The notes beneath the pieces were generated by a model. It saw only the letters and a program-made list of their open reading frames with translations. It did not search any database and was not told where the DNA came from. From Strigamia acuminata (taxonomy: Eukaryota): a stretch of DNA of 64,000 bases. The stretch is from assembly GCA_949358305.1 (NCBI GenBank), contig OX442314.1, positions 10,292,001-10,356,000 on the forward strand, written 5' to 3'. Positions 24,620-36,176 of this stretch are shown here, one piece after another. Made by a program: the position numbers and the translations under genes. The number at the start of each line of letters is the position of its first letter. Positions within the stretch are counted from its first letter, which is position 1.

Positions 24620-26944
24620 AAATCAGGAGATTCTGGTGATGATGGTTCGGACCAGTGGCGCATCTGTCCCGTTTGCCTCGGCGAACGGTGTCAGGTTGCG
24701 GCCAGCGGCTGGGAGTCCCCTTGCGGGAATTGTTTGGGACACGGATTAGTCCACTTCTCCGTGCCCAGACAAAGATGGTTCGTGCGACATTTGTCGAGGC
24801 AGGGTGGAGATCGTCATCACACCCGCCCGACAACGACGTGGATGCAGGTGGATTCCTGGGAGTCCAGGACACAGACCCTGGTGAGGAACGGTTTCGCGCT
24901 TCTCCCGCGTTGGCTGACGGTCGAGGCGGTGAGGATTCGGGACCAGCTGACTGCCCCGTCGAGTATCCCACAACCAGCGCGCCAGGTTCAGGCTGGACGA
25001 GCAGCGTCTGCAGAGGCGCCAGCCCAGCCGAGCCCGAAGCGCCAAAGGCAGGAGCCACCGCCCTCCACTTGGACGGAGGAGATGACCGTGCGGCACGCAG
25101 CCGCGATGGTGGATTGGCGTGCCACTCACCCCAAGGCCACGCCGTTCCAGGTGGAGTGCGAAGAGAAGCGTCTGCGTCGCCGCTTCAAGGAGGCGGCGAG
25201 AAGAGCGCGTGCCGACGCCGTACGGGCAAAGGCGTTGGAAGAGGCCGAAGCTGCTGCCGTACCGGCAGTAGCCCAACCGGTCGGGGAACCTGGAGTCAGC
25301 GAACAGGCCGCACAGGCCGTGTCCGTTGCTCTGGATCGCCCCGACAACGTCATCGAGCTGCCAGCGGGGGAACCCGGAGTCGAGGAGCAGGCTATTGCAG
25401 CTATGCCACTCGCTTTGGGCCTTCCTGTGGTTTCCGACGAACCGGTGATCGGAGCGTGCTCGGAGGAAGCGATTGCTTGCGCATCGTTTGCTCTCGGCCT
25501 TCCGGTGGACTCGTTCAACGGAACAGGCGGCCTTCCGCACCGTACCTGGGGTAGCCTCGCATCGCTGGCAGGATGGTCGACTCAGTCCACGCCACGAGAC
25601 GAGTGCTCGGTTCCCCAGGAGATGCAAGGCGCTTGCGCTGAGCTGCCAATGGAGCAGTGCGAGTCATCTGCCTCGGTGGAGGAAGAGTTCCAGTTGGCTG
25701 TTTCGGAGGACGACGTGCTGGAGTTGTCCGTCTTGGAGGGCTTGTCTCTCGAGGCGCAGCTTCTGCAACTCGCCGACCCCGAGACGGTCGGCATGGAAGT
25801 AGAAACGGCGACCGGGAGTGAGGAACCTGCCCAGGTACCACACCCCCCTGAGCAGCGGGAAGGAGCGGAGTTCCTCGAGCCCGTAGGGGGCCCGACGCCG
25901 CTCGAGATCGCCGAATTGCCGCCCGGAGCCCCAGTTGTTTGTGCTGAGCTGCTCATACAGGGTGTTCCCCGTCTTGAGCACGCGCACGAGCAAACATTGG
26001 CGCTCTGGGTTGCAGAAGCGAAGCGTTGGAGGGAACTCCATTTACGCTTCGAGGATGCCAGGGGGAGTGACATCCGAATGACCCGAGCGGTGGCACTGAT
26101 AAGACAGAGAATGTGGATCATTCTCAGCATCCCCTCTGTCGCGTCAGCAGCAGCAAGGAGGCTCAGGTGGTTCGAGACTGTCCGGATCGTCGCATGGACG
26201 GTCGGGGCGGCCATGAACGCCTGGTACCTCCATCTGCCGTCACCGTTTGCGGTTCAGGAATGGACGCTGGAGGAGACTGTCGGGGCGGATTTCGCCGACA
26301 TCGATCCATCGGTCTGTCGCGGCTACGTGGAGACGCTGGCGAGTTTGCCCAAGCTGGTGGACAACCATGGCCATCAGCGGGTGTTCAGACCGGCATCCCA
26401 CGTGCCCGTCCCGATCGAGATGCCTCCGGAGCTGGCAACACTATCGCCGCCACCCCCACCTACTTACGAGGAGGTAATCGTCAAGCGGGTGCATAGGCGG
26501 AAGGCCTACAAGGACGACTTCAGCGCCAAAGTTTGGGACCCGGTGGAGGCCGAGTATGATGCGCGCAAGAAGGAGGTGGAACGCGAGCGGAAGAGGAAGG
26601 AAAAGGGGAAGAAGTCCCGCAAGGCCGCGTCCGGTTCCACCCCAACGAAGGGCGAGAAGGGAGCGCACTGCGCACCACTTTCGCCAGTGTCGACGGCTGC
26701 TGCACCAATGGTGGAGAAGGTTCGATCACATCCTTCCCCATCAACGTCAGCAGCTGAAGCGGAGGACAGGCGACTGATGCCACCACCACCATCCATACGG
26801 TCCGTGCTGGAGGCAGCGAGAACTTCTCCAGCCCCAGCAAGGCCCGCACGAGAGATCGCACCGGAGGTCGCGGCTGCGTCTGAAGAGGAGCCCCATGGCC
26901 CCTCTCAACCGCAGCCGCCGTCCAAGGATGCGCCGGAGCCGTGA
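24620..26944 (+). CDS. ORF3 of element 1, unknown accessory protein; terminal exon opening at a splice acceptor, upstream exon unresolved
   Basis: Frame open for 774 codons from TTCTTTAG|AAA at 24620; CPVCLG...CGNCLGHG, Arg-rich helix, acidic region, PPPPPTY, Lys-rich tail. Confidence 0.75.
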   Translation, partial: KSGDSGDDGSDQWRICPVCLGERCQVAASGWESPCGNCLGHGLVHFSVPRQRWFVRHLSRQGGDRHHTRPTTTWMQVDSWESRTQTLVRNGFALLPRWLTVEAVRIRDQLTAPSSIPQPARQVQAGRAASAEAPAQPSPKRQRQEPPPSTWTEEMTVRHAAAMVDWRATHPKATPFQVECEEKRLRRRFKEAARRARADAVRAKALEEAEAAAVPAVAQPVGEPGVSEQAAQAVSVALDRPDNVIELPAGEPGVEEQAIAAMPLALGLPVVSDEPVIGACSEEAIACASFALGLPVDSFNGTGGLPHRTWGSLASLAGWSTQSTPRDECSVPQEMQGACAELPMEQCESSASVEEEFQLAVSEDDVLELSVLEGLSLEAQLLQLADPETVGMEVETATGSEEPAQVPHPPEQREGAEFLEPVGGPTPLEIAELPPGAPVVCAELLIQGVPRLEHAHEQTLALWVAEAKRWRELHLRFEDARGSDIRMTRAVALIRQRMWIILSIPSVASAAARRLRWFETVRIVAWTVGAAMNAWYLHLPSPFAVQEWTLEETVGADFADIDPSVCRGYVETLASLPKLVDNHGHQRVFRPASHVPVPIEMPPELATLSPPPPPTYEEVIVKRVHRRKAYKDDFSAKVWDPVEAEYDARKKEVERERKRKEKGKKSRKAASGSTPTKGEKGAHCAPLSPVSTAAAPMVEKVRSHPSPSTSAAEAEDRRLMPPPPSIRSVLEAARTSPAPARPAREIAPEVAAASEEEPHGPSQPQPPSKDAPEP

Positions 26945-27671
26945 AAAGCCCTGATCGTCGTCCTTAGACGCCGGAATTGTACAAACGACGGACCTCTGGT
27001 CCCGATAATATTTTTTCCCTAAACAGGATTCCATGAGATGCCTGTCCCAAGACATGGACGCCGAGCCAGTGCGAGTGACGAGACGGTGACGCCGCGCCAC
27101 GCGCTCAGATGCCCGACGAAAGAAGACGTCGGAGGTTTCCAATGTTCCTGGAACCTCCCAACCGTGGGTCTTGGTCAGATCCCGGTTGATGTATATAGTT
27201 ATTTATTTTTTTCTTTCTTTTTTTTTCTTTTCCTCGTTTGTTTAACGTAATTGTTTTGAAACATTCTTGAGAGGCTTGACCAACCTCTCCCATCCTTGTT
27301 TTACCTTTTAATTTAATTTGTTTATTATTATTTTATGTCAATATTTTTCTTTTTGTTTTGTTTTATGGTTTGCTCCCGGGCTTGTTACGTTCAGGCCCGG
27401 TGAATTATTATTTGCATTGTAATACCATCAATAGTTTGTTTTGTTTTCGGCCAGTCTAGGGTTGGGTGTTTTCCGTTGCCCAACGTTGCTCGAACATCGT
27501 GGACCGACGGTGCGGTGATCCTTTGGACAACCGGCACCGGAAGTCAGCGCCGGTAGCCCGACAGTGTGTGGTCTTTGACCGACACTATTGCCGTGCTTGC
27601 CTCGACTTGCGTGTCCCCGTTGGTGTTGTGTGTGGCCCCTTGGAACCTACCTTTTTCGAGGGGGGGGGAGA

Positions 27672-28269
27672 TGTGACCGTCAGGCCACCTGGGTGACCTG
27701 CGGCACTGCCACACACCACCATACGGCCCCAAAGGTCAACCCCTCTGTGGGTGATTGACCTAGCCCGGGGAGGAGGGAGTGGAGTGGTGTGGTGAGGAGG
27801 GAGTGGAGTGTGAGAGGAGAGTTGAGTGTTGGACACGGCCTGAGAAGGACGTGTCTGCAGCAGCTCCCAGAGAGGAGAAGTAGTCATCGAGAGGGACGAG
27901 AAGTGTCCCAGGTTGAACCCCACACTCCTCACCATTCACCACGTTGATCCTCAGTGCTATGGCGGAGTCCGTAGTGCAGCCTCCATGAGCGGATACGCGG
28001 GTCGCAGGTAAGCGCGACATGAATGTTAAGTCGAACCGACCACGTCACACATTGGACTTCTGCCCAGTGTGTGACGGGTCGGTTGCCGGTGCGGCGCGCC
28101 TTCGTGGCGCCCCTGCAACGGGTAACGGGATTCCCCATACCCCTAGACAACGACAATAAAGGCCAACCAACCAATATTGTGGGAATCTCTGTTATTATTA
28201 CGTGATGTATGCGTCCCTACCCAGTGTGATTAGTCCCCTAGTTACATTGGCGAGACCATACCAGTCACA
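27672..28269 (+). repeat. 3' LTR of element 1
   Basis: Direct repeat of 15805-16402, preceded by PPT, followed by TSD ATTC. Confidence 0.95.
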
Positions 28270-28834
28270 ATTCTCTGGAAAGAGTTTTCCACTACAAGTG
28301 AATTAATTAAGCGACAGAGACTGAACGTTGTTGTACAGCCAATGAAGGAAAAAAGTCGATGGCAAGCAATGCCTAAAGAAACCGACGAAGGATTTTACTT
28401 TGAGAAATTTTTCGTCGAACATAGAGGTTAGAGGTTTTAGCAGTGAATGGCTGCAGCAGTGCCAAACCAATAAACAATTTAGTGTTTCATATAGTTGTAT
28501 ATTATTTCCATTTGTGTGATTATGCAGAAACACTAAGAGTTTTGCATTCATGAAGGTTCTGTATGGCGGGTCAATTATTATCATTCACACGCAAAGCGAA
28601 AATAGTAACACTTGCAACTAAAATGGTTCAAAGGAATGACAGCCCAAGAAGCAGATTAGGGAAACTAAAATGACTATCAGATTAGCCATTAGACCTTTAA
28701 TTTAGTTGCAGGAGCTAAAAAGCTAAAAAGCTAAAAAGCTAAAAGAACAAAAATTGTAAAAACTCAGAAAGAAAAAAGATTTCGTTTTTAAAGAAAAATC
28801 ACACGAGTATGGTTTGTCGTTCTTATAAATTGTT

Positions 28835-28991
28835 TGGGGCAGAATTCATATCGATTTTGCCGGTCCATTCCTTGGAAATACATTTTTACTTGCTGTCGAT
28901 GCAAAGTCGAAATGGTGTGAGGTGCGTGCAATGACTTCAACCACAGCTGCTGCCACAATTGAAGTTTTGCAAGACTGGTTTCGCAGCAATT
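28835..28991 (+). pseudogene. Gypsy integrase core fragment of an older element
   Basis: WGRIHIDFAGPFLGNTFLLAVDAKSKWCEVRAMTSTTAAATIEVLQDWF, then breaks off. Confidence 0.8.
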
Positions 28992-30404
28992 AGTGCAATC
29001 GGAGCCATCACTGAGGCGTAATTCATGGGAAGGAGTAAAGCCACACAAATTGATCACTTCTTTGAAAAAGAAAAATTTTACGTGGAAAACATTGACGCAT
29101 TCAAAGGTGTGTAATTAAAAAAATGGGAAATTTTTCGCTGGAGAAATTACTGGTATATTTTTTTTTATTTAGTACCAGGAAATCTGGATAGGTCGGGCCA
29201 CGGGAATAAATTTATACGAAGCGTCAAAGTATGAAAAAAATTTTACGTCCGAGACGCGGTTGGATCGGACGCCGGCGAGTCAGACGCCAACGAGTTAGAG
29301 CAAGTAATTCCTGGCCCACAGCCAAGAGAACATCCCGACTGGGTGCCCCAATGTCTGCGGCAATTCCTAGTGCCGGCTGAAAACGCAGCAGCATTGCACA
29401 GATTCGAGTCACCGGGCACCGGAAATTCCCGATATCCCACCCGGTCAGTCCAGCATTGGGGTTTTGTATCAGATAGGCAATAGTAGAACAAGTTATTAAT
29501 ATTGAACAAGAAATATAAATACAAACAAAAAGACAATCTGAAGGTTAGCCCAAGAAGTTTTAAAGGAATGAAAATTGTTGAAAGATTATTTTTTTTTCTG
29601 TCCATATATCAGGGAATTGCTAATTGCTTTTACCGTTAAAAGATTTTACAATTGGCACAAACACAGGTCCCTAAACGAAATCATGGAGTTTTTTAACTTC
29701 ATAAAACACTGTCATTGACTGAAATTTTCACAAACAATATGAAGAAGTTGAAATTAAGAAATAATTTAACTTCATTGCAGTTGCCAAAGATGCCAGCTAT
29801 TCTATGGCAACCCAACACTAGCACAGTCAGAAGAAACTGTGGAAAAGGTCAAAAGAAAGAGATAAAAGGATTCGAATAAAACAATAAAAAGTTGGATATT
29901 AACCAAACTGAACACACAAGAAGCGAAATCAACTTTCTACCACGTTGTTTTCCAACAGCAAAAAAATTTTCTTGCATTTCTTAATCTTAGAGGATTTTTG
30001 CAACTCTGGAGAAAGTTATTTTGAAAAAAGTGTTAGGTTCTCAAACGTTTACAAATATTTTAGTTTAACACTAGGACAGCTAGACTGGTCAAAATGACCC
30101 AATGGGTTTCCAATAGTGTTTTTAGATGCTTTACATCGTAAATCAGCAAAGGTGGCATTTTTCCTAAAGGTGACTGAAAATTTTCCACAGTCCCAGAGAA
30201 GTCCAACCAAGATGATTTGAAACAATTGATTACAATTAATAGAGCAAGAACCTTGACCATCCTTTGGTTTTGTCGGAGAAATATGTCAACATCACATCAA
30301 TTGTGGCTACCTCCTATAGATGCATGCACATTTCACGCGTCCCATTGCAGGTACCTTAATTTTTATGTTGGTCAGTTAGAAGGGAAAATTCATATGATTC
30401 AGCC

Positions 30405-31187
30405 AAAAGGATTTATAAAGGGCGAAAGATGTGTGTTTTACAAAAAAGTTTATATAAGTTGATATAAAAGTGCCAAGTCACATTTTTGAACGAGAAGGGA
30501 ATTGTATTGAGCCAAGAAAATCAAGAAAACGCCACTGCCAACAGACCAGGATCTGGACATGTGGAAACACTCCAAGAAAATTGTTTGTACAGTTTATCAA
30601 GAGATGATTGGAAGTGGGAACATCAAGATACACCATGTACGATGCTCAGTTGGACCGTAGGATCTCCATAAGCAAAGTAGAAAACGGCAGGGGTTGAAAC
30701 CCCACAACCGTCTCCATTTGAAAGCGCACAAACGCCTCCAAAACCAGTTTTCAAAAATCATCATTTAAGAAATATCGTTGAAATCGGATACAAAGTAAAA
30801 AACGAACCCGAACCATACCAGCTGTGCTGGAACAGAGCCGGACAGGGCAAAGGTAGAAAAAACTAAAAATAATCCAGGAGTCAGCATATCTATTTTGCAA
30901 ATACAAGTGGAGCTAAGAAATTCAGGCCCAGTGTTTTAGCGGTGAATGGCTGCTTTCTCACAGCTGCAGCAGTGCCAAACCAAAAAACAATTTAGTGTTT
31001 CATATAGTTGTATATTATTTCCATTTGTGTGATTATGGCGGGTCAATTATTATCATTCACACGCAAAGCGAAAATAGTAACACTGGGAAGTAAAATGGTT
31101 CAAAGGAATGACAGCCAAAGAAGCAGATTAGGGAAACTAAAATCATTATCAGATTAGCCATTAGACCTCTAATTTAGTTGCAGGAGC
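30405..31187 (+). repeat. Condensed duplicate of sequences flanking element 1 (~13572-13754, ~15627-15712, ~28434-28714)
   Basis: Shared blocks AAAGGATTTATAAAGG..., CAAGTGGAGCTAAGAAATTCAGGC, GCAGCAGTGCCAAACCAA...GATTAGCCATTAGACC. Confidence 0.85.
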
Positions 31188-32168
31188 AACCATGAAGTAG
31201 TCAACATTTCAGTCCCTAAACCAGCAAAGAGGTTGATTTTTAGAAAATTCGTGATAGTTGGTAAACGCTACATCCTTAATGCAGGCCTACAATACCAGAG
31301 CTTTGTTAGCACGATTCAATTCAAGCCTAATTTAAGCCTAATCTACACTCTTTCCACATCGTTTTGTCTCTTATGCCTCAATTTTACCGTTTTTTTTCCG
31401 TATTTGGACTAGGTTGTTTGAATTAAATCGCAGCCTGGAAACACCTTTTTTCAACAGTTCTCAAACCGAAGAGGAATGGAAATTGAGAAAAATATCGAAC
31501 CGAAAATGAGAGAATCCGAGAAGAAGCTACGATTGAAATCGATGCGCGAAATGGAATGAAGAACACAAGCACGTGACTTGTTGCTATGCCCACGGTAAAG
31601 CATCACTATTGGTTGGAATCAAACAGATAGTTAATAACAGTTGTTCCCACAAGAGCGGCGCTGCGATTCATTGTCACGAAATTTTGAATTTTTATGTTGG
31701 ATAAACGATAGATTCAATTTGAAATGAATAAATTGACGATTTAAGGTCAAGCTTTGAGGAAAGTTAAGTAAACTCAACGTTTTAAACGAATCATGGAACA
31801 TGCAGTTTTCAAATGTTGTCCAGCCGACTTAATAACACCGGAAATACCGTACTGAACATTACACATACGGTACAAAATAAAAAAAATTAAAATAAAAAAC
31901 AGTCAAAACGAGTCGAAATGAATTCCTCAGTTGGATAAGAAATTTTTTTATTTGGAAAAATATTGAAATTTGTGCAGACAGTATTGCGATTTTTACGACG
32001 AAATTGCATTTTCATGTTGAAATAAATTCAATTTTTAGTATTTTACTACAATTTTCAGTCAAAACAGTCAATTTTTCTACAATTATTTTACGATTTTATT
32101 TTTTCTCGTGAAAATTCATATTTCTTACAAACAAAACCGCTGATGAAAATAGGACCTCAGTCACTGGG

Positions 32169-34053
32169 TTATTTGAAAATGACGCTTCTTTGTGGACCAA
32201 TCGATTCCACCCGTTGATAGTTAGTGATCCCGTCTTGCATTTTATTTAATAAAAAATCAGACACCGTAGTCGGTAAATTGCGTAAAATATAAAAAAAAAT
32301 TCGATATTTGAAGGAAGTGCTGGTGTAATGAGATTTTGGTCTCGTTTCCATCACGGCGCTTTTCAAGTCTCCGAACACGGGCGACTGCTTGAAACTCATG
32401 AAACTCGTGAGTCCCGCCTTGGCACATATTTGAGATTGGGTTTCCCAGAATTCCTTTCCAACTCGGTCGCGGAATGCTGGAGAAAAAGAATCCCATTGCT
32501 CTTTGGCGCGCTCCTGTTGGCATTTGACGATGTTTGTGATCCGTGCGTGATCGCCAGGTGCAACAACGATCACTTTGACACGAGGGGTGCGACAATCAGA
32601 ATCTGCTTGTCAGAGATTCGAATCTTCTTTGGGATTCGAAAGATTCGGATGGGATTCGGAAAGATTCGGAAAGATTCGGGGGATTCGGCTGGGATTCGGG
32701 GGGATTCGGATAGATTCGGGGGATTCGGGGGGATTCGAATGAGATTCGGGGAGATTCGGATGGGATTTGGTGGGATTCGGCGGGATTCGGTGGGATTCGG
32801 ATGGGATTCAGAAAGATTCATATGATTTTTTTCAAATAAATTTAGTGAAGTGGAAATTTTTTTAATTTTAATTTTAACTCTAGTGAAATGTGGTAAAATA
32901 CGAGGTAAAATAACACGCAATCAAATGCAATCACAATTGCGAACAATGATGAATTCCGGGCTCGATTCCGGGATTAATTTGAAGTTCGCGCTAAATCATA
33001 AATGCGCATGCGCAGATACCGCGCAGCGAGGTGCGCAGGTATAATTTCTTCCGATGATGATTTTACTGATGATTTTACGGACAATTTCAAGGACAATTTC
33101 AAGGAAGTTTCTTGTAAAAATATTATTACATTTTTTAATCATAAATTTTGTTTTTATTTTTCTCGATTTGTATACAACTTAAAGATTCGAGATTCGAAGA
33201 TTCGGTGGGATTCGGAAAGATTCGGGTGGGATTCGGAAAGATTCGGGTGGGATTCGGAAAGATTCGGGCGGGATTCGGAAGCCATTGTCAGAGATTCGGT
33301 CGAATGTCGCCCCCCTCGCTTTGACACCATGTCGTGACAGCTCCACCCTGAGTCCATCTGAGAAACCTTCAATGGCGAACTTGGTAGCGCAGTAAATGGT
33401 GAACTTCGGATATGCCCAGCGCCCATTCACGCTACTGATATTTACCACACGACCTAAAAAAAATTAAAATTAAAATGAGGAAATATGGAAAAATAAAATA
33501 TTTACCTTTACTTGTTTTGATCGAGGGTAAAAACGCTTTGATCATTTTCACCATTCCGAGGAAATTCACATTCACTTGTTTCTCGCACTGTTCCCAAGTT
33601 TGCCACTCGACGTCGCCACCGATACAAATCCCTGCATTGTTTATCAGGCACCAAACAACTTGAAAATTAAAGGAAAAAAATGTACATTTTTAACATTTAT
33701 TTATTGTTTTTAAGATTAATACTTAGATTATTTTGTTGGCAATGTAGGTTGACGTGTTTTACGGCATTGTCCACTTTGATTTTATCCGTGATGTCAAGAT
33801 CCAAGACGAAAAGGCGGTTGGATGAAACTTGATTGAGTTGACGGGCACCGTCGCCATTAGGGAGAAGGCAGCCGGCAAACACCGTGAAACCGAGGCTGTG
33901 AAATACTTGAGCCGCTTCAAGGCCGATGCCGGAATCGCAACCCGTGATGATGATGGCTTTTTTATTCGTTGATAAAAGTTGACTCTTGTTACGAAGTAAG
34001 ATGTAGAAAAGCGCCAGAAAAACCAGGAATATCAACCACCACGAATAATCCAT
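32169..34053 (-). CDS. Short-chain dehydrogenase (BDH1/retinol dehydrogenase-like) paralogue 1, last exon interrupted by a MITE
   Basis: N-terminal TM helix, [25 protein letters not shown]; frame breaks at HGVK and resumes VIVVAPG after the insertion. Confidence 0.85.
32581..33318. mobile_element. hAT-like MITE (738 bp) inserted in an SDR coding exon
   Basis: 8-bp TSD CTTTGACA (32573-32580, 33319-33326); TIR CGAGGGGTGCGACA / TGTCGCCCCCCTCG; subterminal GATTCGG arrays. Confidence 0.9.
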
Positions 34054-35173
34054 GTCTGTCTTTTCTGAAGAAGAAATAGCCTGTACTTTTCAAATTCTAC
34101 AAACCCTGGTGTTGATTTGGTACAACTGTGATTTGGTTTCCTTGTCTTCGGCACTTTTTTTAGGCTTAAAATTGAATATTCTCGACGGAGGTGGGTTAAA
34201 AAGAAGGGAAAGAAAATTGTTTAAATTCTTACTTGGTTAAACTTGGACTGTCCTAGCCTCACTTTGGGTTGAAATGGAATATAGTTGTTTTACAGTGGTT
34301 TTACTAGATAAAATCTGTCTTGTTCTTGTCCTTGAATTTTAAATTTCTTGGAAAATTCAAAGTTGATTTTATAAATTCTCATCTTGGAGAAAATACAAAG
34401 GTCATTGTGATAAATTGAGCTTTATTAATCACAAGTCTTCCACATTTTTAATACTTATATAAAGAAAAAAGTATAGGCCTAGAATTCATGTTTTGAACTT
34501 GAGAATACAAAAAAAAATTGACTTTTTGTCACAAATTTTTAACCCAGTACAGAAAATCATAATCTATTTCATTATTCAGCAATGACTAACCATAGACCCA
34601 CATTTCATGACATGCATATTCAGCCTTGGATGGTCTATTTTCAAGACTGAAAAACCTTGTAAATATCTTTCAAAATTCAAATTCAAACCCAGTTATGGCG
34701 ATAAAAAGTGTTTCTTACTTGTTTAGATGTTACCTTTACCAAAATATTAATAAAAATTGAGCAATAGTTAATTTACATTTCATGTTTCTATATTTCTAGG
34801 TTAAAGACCAACATGAATATAACCCATCTCAAGCCTTTATGAATTTGATTGAAATAACAATTTTCAAAACATTTCTTGGATACCGTAAAAACAAAAAAAA
34901 ATCAGTGGAAATTTGGAAGACAAATGCTTCAGTACAGGAAGGTAATCGCACATTAAAGGTAAATTGGTAAACTCTGTCCATAAAATACACGCTTTCGGGA
35001 TATTCTGGTAGTAATTCAAATCTTACAAAACATTTGAAACTAAAACATAAATCAGCATTTGCCGAATTTGAGGGCGTTGACTCTTTCAGCATTGAAATAT
35101 CGAAAAGGAGATCAAAATACGAATGCTGATACCCAGAGTAGACTCAAAGTTAAATTTACTTGTTTAATTTCAA

Positions 35174-35992
35174 GGGCATAAATTAAAACCCCACTAAAGT
35201 GACTTGGATTTCCACTAAAAAAACTAAATCTTACACTGACTGGTTTTTCCACTATCGGTACTTTTTTGTCCCACTAATTCAACTAAGCCAAAAAAAACTA
35301 TTTTTTCCACTAAAAGTATTTATTTAAACCAAACTTATTTTTCCACTAAAAAAACTTATTACATCCACTAATCCCACTATTATAAAATGAAAGCCTTCTT
35401 GGCTTTCGATGGTCTACCTCGCTTACGTTTCTCACCCAAAGGCACGTTGTACGCTTCCGTCATAAGACTCAGAGTAAAAACTTGTTACATCCACTTTTTC
35501 CCCTATTATGAAATGAAGGCCCGGCATCTCGACGGGGAGTCCGAGGTCTTGTTGGGACTGGGTCCCGACACGGAACTAGGACTGGGGCCTTAGCGGGGAC
35601 TCGGTTGAGAGGGACATCGAGGTCTTGTTGGGTCCCGACACGTGACTAGGACTGGGGCCTTGGCGGGGACTCGCTTGCGGGAGCAGGCGACTGTTGGGGG
35701 GCTCGTAGACCCTGCGGGGGGGATGGTTGGTCGTCCTCTTTGCCCGCCGAGACGGACTTGAGGTGCAAAACGTTCGCAAAACGTTCGCAAAACTATCTTA
35801 CCAAAGTAGTAATAGTAGTGGTAAAATCAGTTTTTTCTTGCCAATTTAATTTTAGTGGAAAAAAATAGTTTTTTTTGGCTAAGCTAAATTAGTGGGACAA
35901 AAAAGTACCGTTAGTGGAAAAATCAGTCAGTGAGATTTAGTTTTTTTTTAGTGGAAATCGAAGGAAATTTAGTGGGGTTTTAAATGGGACCC
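35174..35992. mobile_element. Mutator (MULE)-like non-autonomous element
   Basis: 9-bp TSD TAATTTCAA (35165-35173, 35993-36001); ~200-bp imperfect TIRs rich in CCACTA/TAGTGG; GC-rich core with a ~57-bp duplication. Confidence 0.82.
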
Positions 35993-36176
35993 TAATTTCA
36001 ACATGGCCGACAAGGTTAGATGAAATATTAGTAAATGGAACTTATGTCAAGCAATCAAAATTAGTAAGAAATATCCACCAAATATCCATCAAAAACCTGC
36101 TAGATTTTGGTATACAGTATTAGTACATTTTGGTTTGGTTAGAAGCAATTGTGAGCAACAAATCTTCAGTTAAAAA

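Larger units (their letters stand above)
15805..28269 (+). mobile_element. Ty3/Gypsy LTR retrotransposon 1, non-autonomous (no gag, no integrase)
   Basis: 598-bp LTRs TGTGAC...GTCACA at 15805-16402 and 27672-28269, TSD ATTC, PBS-like tract at 16405, PPT GAGGGGGGGGGAGA before the 3' LTR. Confidence 0.95.

Noticed and set aside
24655..25627. Overlapping alternative-frame and antisense ORFs across ORF3
   Set aside because: Expected shadows of GC-rich coding DNA with no motifs
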